Assembly (NCBI RefSeq): GCF_035285525.1
Contig: NZ_JAYKGW010000217.1
Location: 1 to 32,000, forward strand
DNA length: 32,000 bases
Direction of reading: 5' to 3'
Origin: Okeania sp.
GTDB lineage: Bacteria; Cyanobacteriota; Cyanobacteriia; Cyanobacteriales; Microcoleaceae
Part shown: one piece after another, positions 26,951 to 32,000 of the stretch
Numbering within the stretch: position 1 is the stretch's first letter
Layout: each line of letters begins with the position of its first letter
Notes under the pieces: model-generated
Database searches by the model: none
What the model saw: the letters and a program-made list of their open reading frames with translations, nothing else
Told to the model about the DNA's origin: nothing
Position numbers and translations under genes: made by a program

Positions 26951-27068
26951 TAGTAATCCTATTTTATTCGTGTACAAAATTCAAAAGCTTTTAGGGAAGA
27001 CTTAAATGGTAGTAGTTTAAGTTTTTATTGACTTTTTAATTTCTTACAACCTATTTAGGATTGCTATA
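26951..27068. mobile_element. MITE family 2, copy C (inverted orientation)
   Basis: Ends are tagtaatcctattttattcgtgtacaaaatt and cctatttaggattgctata. It is preceded by a purine-rich tract (26890-26940). Confidence 0.7.
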
Positions 27069-27325
27069 TCATTTTTAAATTACTGAAATACACAAATTTT
27101 GGTTAATTAAATATTATAAAACTACTGATATTTAGATAACTTCTGCTATGAGCAAATAAATTTATTTCTTGGGGTAATTTATCATTTAAAATTTCAGTAA
27201 TTAACCATAATAAACTAGCTACCTTTAGTCATCTAAAGATGACTTATGCTATTAGTCAAGAAATTTATTTCTTGGCGTAGAACCTAAATCTACTTTATTG
27301 TAAATTTTGGCAAATATTTTCAGAT

Positions 27326-28222
27326 TTACAGAACAAATCCTAAGCCCAATAATAATCCACTAAAAAAATGCAAATAAACAGCAATAAACTTACAATTACT
27401 AACTTTTTCTGGTTGGTCATGATAATTACTAACATGACTACATAAATGAATAGCAAAAGGCAAACTACCAAAACTTAATAAACTCCAAATAGGGAAAAAT
27501 CCTAAACTTATACAGATAGAAATTAATACAAAAACCATTCCACAAAACCAATTTAATACTTGAGAACCTGCCTTAGTTCCTATTCTCACAATAGGCGATC
27601 GCTTTCCTGCTGCTAAGTCATCTTCTACCTGATGAAAATGAGAACAAAAGAGAATAATAGTAGTAGTAATTCCGATAATTATTGATGCTATTAAACTGTT
27701 AATTGACCAAGCCTTAGTTTGACTATAATAAGCAGCAGAAATTGCCAACGGACCAAAAGCAAAAAAACAGAGAATTTCTCCTAAACCTTGATATCCTAAT
27801 CTAAAGGGAGGACCTTGATAAGTATATCCTAAAAAACAACAGAGTAATATTAACCCAATTACAGTTAAATCTTGTAGCCACCAACTAATCATTGCAATTC
27901 CCAAAATACCTAAAAATAAACATAAATTACCTAGCCAAAAAATTAAGGTTTTATTATTAGTTAAGTTTACCAATGAATGATGTTTATTTTTATCAATTCC
28001 TGTTTCCGAGTCAAACACATCATTGCTAATATTCTCCCAAGCCAAAATTAAAATTGCTGATGTTATAAACGTTAAAAAAATCGACCAATTAATTGCGTTT
28101 TTTGCCGAGATAGCTATTGCTGTTCCTACCCATATTGGCATAATTGCTACACTATACATAGGTGGTTTAATTGCAGCTAGCCATAACTTTTTATCAGATT
28201 TATTTGCTATTTGAACTGTCAT
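27326..28222 (-). CDS. menA: 1,4-dihydroxy-2-naphthoate phytyltransferase (UbiA family)
   Basis: Polytopic membrane protein with NDVFDSETGID (the NDxxDxxxD motif) and a second Asp-rich loop, VEDDLAAGKRSP. I moved the start to ATG 28222 (MTVQIANK...) because the 4 extra codons in the track lie inside the heptamer array. Confidence 0.85.
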   Translation of the reverse strand: MTVQIANKSDKKLWLAAIKPPMYSVAIMPIWVGTAIAISAKNAINWSIFLTFITSAILILAWENISNDVFDSETGIDKNKHHSLVNLTNNKTLIFWLGNLCLFLGILGIAMISWWLQDLTVIGLILLCCFLGYTYQGPPFRLGYQGLGEILCFFAFGPLAISAAYYSQTKAWSINSLIASIIIGITTTIILFCSHFHQVEDDLAAGKRSPIVRIGTKAGSQVLNWFCGMVFVLISICISLGFFPIWSLLSFGSLPFAIHLCSHVSNYHDQPEKVSNCKFIAVYLHFFSGLLLGLGFVL

Positions 28223-28223
28223 T

Positions 28224-28272
28224 TCAGTTATCATTTATCAGTTATCATTTATCATTTATCAGTTATCAGTAC
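28224..28272. repeat. Heptamer array (TCAGTTA/TCATTTA), 7 units, beginning 2 nt upstream of the menA ATG
   Basis: Units occur every 7 nt from 28224 to 28272. On the menA strand each unit reads TAACTGA or TAAATGA. No Shine-Dalgarno sequence is visible. Confidence 0.9.
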
Positions 28273-28799
28273 CTCTAGCTAAAGCCAAAAGCTGAAATAT
28301 AAAATTTCTTTTTTTATATCCTTGAAAGAGGAGGTATGAGATATTAGTCTTTCAAAAGCTGAATCCGGGGACATTCTGTAGGAAATCCAAGCTAGCTAAA
28401 TACTTATCCTCAAAACAATGATAAATATTATCCAGAAATATTTTTTACTGACAATAATTTTTAATCTCTTACCACTTTAATTTACCAATTAGAGCAAAAG
28501 CTTAACAAAAAATAATTTAATTTATCTTTCCTTTACATTATACTTGCCTAAATAATCCCCTATCCCCTATCCTCACAAAAGAGGGTTCAATAATTAACAA
28601 TTAACAATTAATAATTAATAATTAGTTCAAAGGAACTTGTTTCTTCTCCCCGAAAGGAGAGACTTTAAAGCTTAATTTTGCGGTAAAAAAAAGTCTAATA
28701 TTAATTAATGCTAGGGGATAAATTTTAGCACTATCAGGAATTGGACAGCCCCACCAATCACTATCTCTGATTCAGTGAAAATTTGCTATTCTTATTTTC

Positions 28800-30296
28800 A
28801 TGCCTGTAATACCAACTTCTATTAATCTGTTTCAAACCTGCCAAGAGCTGCATCAATTTCTGTTTAATTGTCAACAGACATTAACAGACAAGATGCAGAC
28901 AAAAATAATAAGTATTTCTCTGGAAATATTACCCGTAGATCCCCTAGCAGTATTGCAAGAAATTTGTCAACCAAATCAACTACATTTTTACTTAGAAAAA
29001 CAAGTAATTGAAGAAAAAAATTCTCAGAAAAAGAGCTTGGCGATCGCTGCTATTAATTCTGCTAAACATTTAACCATTAAAAGTGGAAATCGTTTTGCCC
29101 AAGCTCAATCTTTTATTCAATCGTGTTTAAACAATATAACTTCTCTAGGAGCGACACATTTACCTTATGCAGGACCCCACTTTTTTTGTAATTTTACCTT
29201 CTTTGAAAAACATACTCAAGCAAATATAAACAACTTTCACCAAAACGGTAATTATCAACAAAAATCATCTGTAAATCCTCACTTTCCTTCAGCAACAATA
29301 TTTCTACCAAAGTGGCAAATAACTCATATAAATAATCACAATATACTTGTCATCAATATAGTTATCAACACCTCTATTAACATTGAAAATCTTTCGCAGA
29401 AAATTTGGAATAAATACCAGCAAATAACCCAGATAAAAAATACTGATTTATCAACTTTAACAAAGCCTTATAAAAAACTTAGGAAAATTAACGTTAATCA
29501 TTTACAAGAATTTAAAAAATCCGTCGCTTCAGCTCTAGACTTAATTAATTCAAATTCTTTAAGAAAAATTGTTTTAGCCCATGCTATAGATATTTATTCT
29601 CAAACGAATTTTAACCTAATCAAATCCTTAAATAACTTGCGATTAATTTATCCAGACTGCTATGTAATTTCTATCAGTAATGGCAAAGGTCAGAACTTTA
29701 TATGTGCAAGCCCAGAACGCTTAATTAATATTAATAATAATCAATTAATTACAGATGCCTTAGCAGGTTCTGCACCCAGAGGTAAAAACCCAAGTGAAGA
29801 TGCAAAATTAGCCAATAATTTATTATCTAGCGAAAAAGATTTACGAGAACATCAATTTGTCATAGATTTTATTATTAAACGTCTTCAAAATTTAGGATTA
29901 AAACCTAATTATTCATCTCAACCCCATCTACTACAATTGTCAAATATTCAACATTTATGGACTCCAATAACAGCAGAAATTTCCCAAAATATTCATCTAT
30001 TAGAAATATTAGCAGAACTTCATCCCACACCAGCAGTAGCAGGATTTCCTAGAGATATTGCTCAAGAAAAAATACAGAATTTTGAAACCTTTGATCGATC
30101 GCTTTATGCAGCACCTATTGGTTGGATAGATCGTCAAGGAAATGGGGAATTTGCTGTAGGTATTAGGTCAGCTTTAATTAATGGAGACCATGCTAGACTT
30201 TATGCTGGTGCAGGTATAGTTATTGGTTCTAAACCAGATAAAGAATTAGCAGAAGTTCAACTAAAACTTCAGACATTATTGAAGGCTTTAGTATAA
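28800..30296 (+). CDS. menF: Isochorismate synthase
   Basis: 498 aa. Chorismate-binding motifs seen: ASPERL, ALAGSAPRG, EHQFVID, LHPTPAVAGFP, YAAPIGWID..GNGEFAVGIRSA and AGAGIV. An Asn/Gln-rich low-complexity insertion lies at about aa 140-160. Confidence 0.9.
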   Translation: MPVIPTSINLFQTCQELHQFLFNCQQTLTDKMQTKIISISLEILPVDPLAVLQEICQPNQLHFYLEKQVIEEKNSQKKSLAIAAINSAKHLTIKSGNRFAQAQSFIQSCLNNITSLGATHLPYAGPHFFCNFTFFEKHTQANINNFHQNGNYQQKSSVNPHFPSATIFLPKWQITHINNHNILVINIVINTSINIENLSQKIWNKYQQITQIKNTDLSTLTKPYKKLRKINVNHLQEFKKSVASALDLINSNSLRKIVLAHAIDIYSQTNFNLIKSLNNLRLIYPDCYVISISNGKGQNFICASPERLININNNQLITDALAGSAPRGKNPSEDAKLANNLLSSEKDLREHQFVIDFIIKRLQNLGLKPNYSSQPHLLQLSNIQHLWTPITAEISQNIHLLEILAELHPTPAVAGFPRDIAQEKIQNFETFDRSLYAAPIGWIDRQGNGEFAVGIRSALINGDHARLYAGAGIVIGSKPDKELAEVQLKLQTLLKALV

Positions 30297-30377
30297 GCTT
30301 GATTAAAAATAGTATTCACTCTTTTTTCCCAGTTAAGTGTTCTCTCTCAACGTAGGAAATTTATTTGACACAACTAC

Positions 30378-31394
30378 TTAACTTTGTAATAATGTCCAAA
30401 AATAGCCATCAGGAGAAACAAAAGAAAAGCTTTTTTCTTCAAATTCATTAACTATTATTTCTGTAACTTCTGTTGCTTCACTATTACTAACTTTTTGATG
30501 ATATAAGTCAATATTAGTAACTTTTAGGGTATACAAAGACGTTCCTAAACAACCAGGACGAGAATAAGACTGTTTATTCTCTAAATTTCCTTCTAAACGT
30601 AAAACTTCCAAGTTACCTGAGTGAATTTGATTTTTTTCTTTTAAGTCATAACCAGGAGCAATAAAATAATAGTTAAACATTCTTTCATCAAGATTCTCTT
30701 TTTTCACTTCAAGTATGTTGCGAGAAGCCATATTATATCCACTTTCAATATTGTTAACAACCCGAACTAATCCCAAGACTCGATCATAAAAATCTAAGCT
30801 TTTATGTTCACAATCAACAATTAGTCCAACATGAACAAATTCTGAACTTTTAAAATGAGAATCTAGATTAACAATACCAGAATTAGGTCGATAATAATCA
30901 TAACGTTGAAAGATAACTTGTCGAGTTAATGGTTGAATCAGAACCATTTCATAAACACAGGGGTTAGCTTGATAAAATGGCTGAAAATTTTCGGGACGAT
31001 TAATTAAATTTCGCTGTGGAGGAACATAATATATTGGAAGTCCTATAGCTTGAGCATCTTCAGCATGATTAGCAACATTAAATACATCTAAAGATAAAGA
31101 TGTTCCCCAACGACTACCAACTACTTTTAAAGGATTTAATCCTAATCCTTCATTTACAAATTTATCCCAAATCATTATACGGATTAAACTTCTATCTGTG
31201 ACTTGGTTTTGAAGACGTAAAGAATGTAAATTTGAGTCAACTCCATACAATTTTTTAGCTGTTTCTGCATCAAGGTTTCCAGATAGATTAACTGTATAGC
31301 CAAACTTTTCCCAATAGTTAATTAAATTGCTTTTTTCTGCTGCTGTAATACCGATAACAATTTCGTACAATCCGCTAATAGATGAATTAGTCAT
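30378..31394 (-). CDS. Two-domain VOC (glyoxalase/dioxygenase fold)-like protein, function unknown
   Basis: 338-aa ORF with good coding appearance. FVHVGLIVDCEHKSLDFYDRVLGL resembles the N-terminal beta-alpha-beta motif of VOC modules. The family assignment is tentative. Confidence 0.5.
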   Translation of the reverse strand: MTNSSISGLYEIVIGITAAEKSNLINYWEKFGYTVNLSGNLDAETAKKLYGVDSNLHSLRLQNQVTDRSLIRIMIWDKFVNEGLGLNPLKVVGSRWGTSLSLDVFNVANHAEDAQAIGLPIYYVPPQRNLINRPENFQPFYQANPCVYEMVLIQPLTRQVIFQRYDYYRPNSGIVNLDSHFKSSEFVHVGLIVDCEHKSLDFYDRVLGLVRVVNNIESGYNMASRNILEVKKENLDERMFNYYFIAPGYDLKEKNQIHSGNLEVLRLEGNLENKQSYSRPGCLGTSLYTLKVTNIDLYHQKVSNSEATEVTEIIVNEFEEKSFSFVSPDGYFWTLLQS

Positions 31395-31737
31395 AAACTA
31401 AAACCCCTCAAAGAATATATAATAAATTTGCTGTTTATTTATGTAGTAGTTCCCAAATTAAAATCAAAAAAAATAGCGATTATTTGGAAAATTTCATTGT
31501 TATAAGTAGCAATTATTCACAAACAAATTTGCTACACCATTAAAATAAGTCCTAAAGATTAATTGAGTGGAACAACTTAATGATACTATATTTCTGTGCT
31601 GTATAAATTTTTGTCAAAAATCATATAAAAAAAGCTTTGAGATAGCCAAAAATTAGTATTTGATATTTATTAATATAGTATTGTTTATTTATGTCTGATT
31701 ATTTTACATATTGCCATTAAATATTCAAAATTTAACA

Positions 31738-32000
31738 ATGTCAATTGATTTTAGAAATATTAATACAGTATGGGCATCCATTTTAGTAGAAACACTACAA
31801 CATTTAGGATTAACCATAGCAATCATTAGTCCTGGTTCTCGTTCTACACCTCTAACATTTGCCTTCGCTACCCATCCCAAAATAGAAACTATTCCTATTC
31901 TTGATGAACGTTCAGCAGCATTTTTTGCTCTAGGAATAGCCAGAAAAAATCATCAACCTGTGGTTATAGTCTGCACATCTGGTACTGCCCCAGCTAACTT
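31738..32000 (+). CDS. menD: 2-succinyl-5-enolpyruvyl-6-hydroxy-3-cyclohexene-1-carboxylate synthase, N-terminal part (continues beyond the window)
   Basis: Own translation from ATG 31738: [87 protein letters not shown]. This is the ThDP-enzyme N-terminal pattern typical of MenD (W......L...G......PGSRSTPL......E.SA.F.ALG.A......V...CTSGTA.AN). Confidence 0.85.
   Translation, partial: MSIDFRNINTVWASILVETLQHLGLTIAIISPGSRSTPLTFAFATHPKIETIPILDERSAAFFALGIARKNHQPVVIVCTSGTAPAN

Noticed and set aside
28223-28234. The 4-codon N-terminal extension of menA in the ORF track (residues M-I-T-E)
   Set aside because: These codons are simply units of the TCAGTTA/TCATTTA heptamer array read on the minus strand. 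The ATG at 28222 gives the conserved-looking start MTVQIANK.
14343-28272. Possibility that the short tandem arrays are CRISPR arrays
   Set aside because: The units are 7-8 nt and are strictly contiguous, with no spacers. CRISPR repeats are about 24-48 nt and are separated by unique spacers. There are no cas genes in the window.

Overview
This window looks like an AT-rich cyanobacterial chromosome. It has 12 copies of the HIP1 octamer GCGATCGC, heptamer tandem arrays, phylloquinone genes, a group-2 sigma factor and a WD40 Ser/Thr kinase. Coding density is low and repeat load is heavy. That resembles Trichodesmium-type filamentous cyanobacteria, but this assignment is inference only.

The right half (18.5-32 kb) carries a fragmented phylloquinone (men) cluster. 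It includes a DHNA-CoA thioesterase, menE, menC, menH, menA, menF and the start of menD. Interleaved with these are msrB, a VOC-fold gene, panE, a KGK-domain gene split by an in-frame TAG, and a frameshifted methyltransferase.

The left half holds housekeeping genes: a DUF559 protein, a HEAT-repeat protein, a MutT-type NUDIX hydrolase, a DUF760 protein and the sigma factor. It also holds a decayed two-gene module (AAA ATPase plus a DUF3226-like gene). That module has several in-frame stops, frameshifts and two MITE insertions. It is followed by about 3.8 kb (8158-11959) with only one plausible orphan ORF. Including the decayed DUF3226-like gene from 7516, about 4.4 kb has no intact recognisable gene.

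The main non-genic signal is at least five families of miniature inverted-repeat elements built from shared modules. They nest in each other and sit against ORF boundaries. Heptamer and octamer tandem arrays also touch start and stop codons directly.

I found no rRNA, tRNA or CRISPR array. I found no intact, clearly novel multi-gene system. The closest candidates are the dead ATPase/DUF3226 pair and the DUF815 ATPase/TerB-like pair, and both are reported with caution. All homology calls come from motif recognition by eye, not from database searches.
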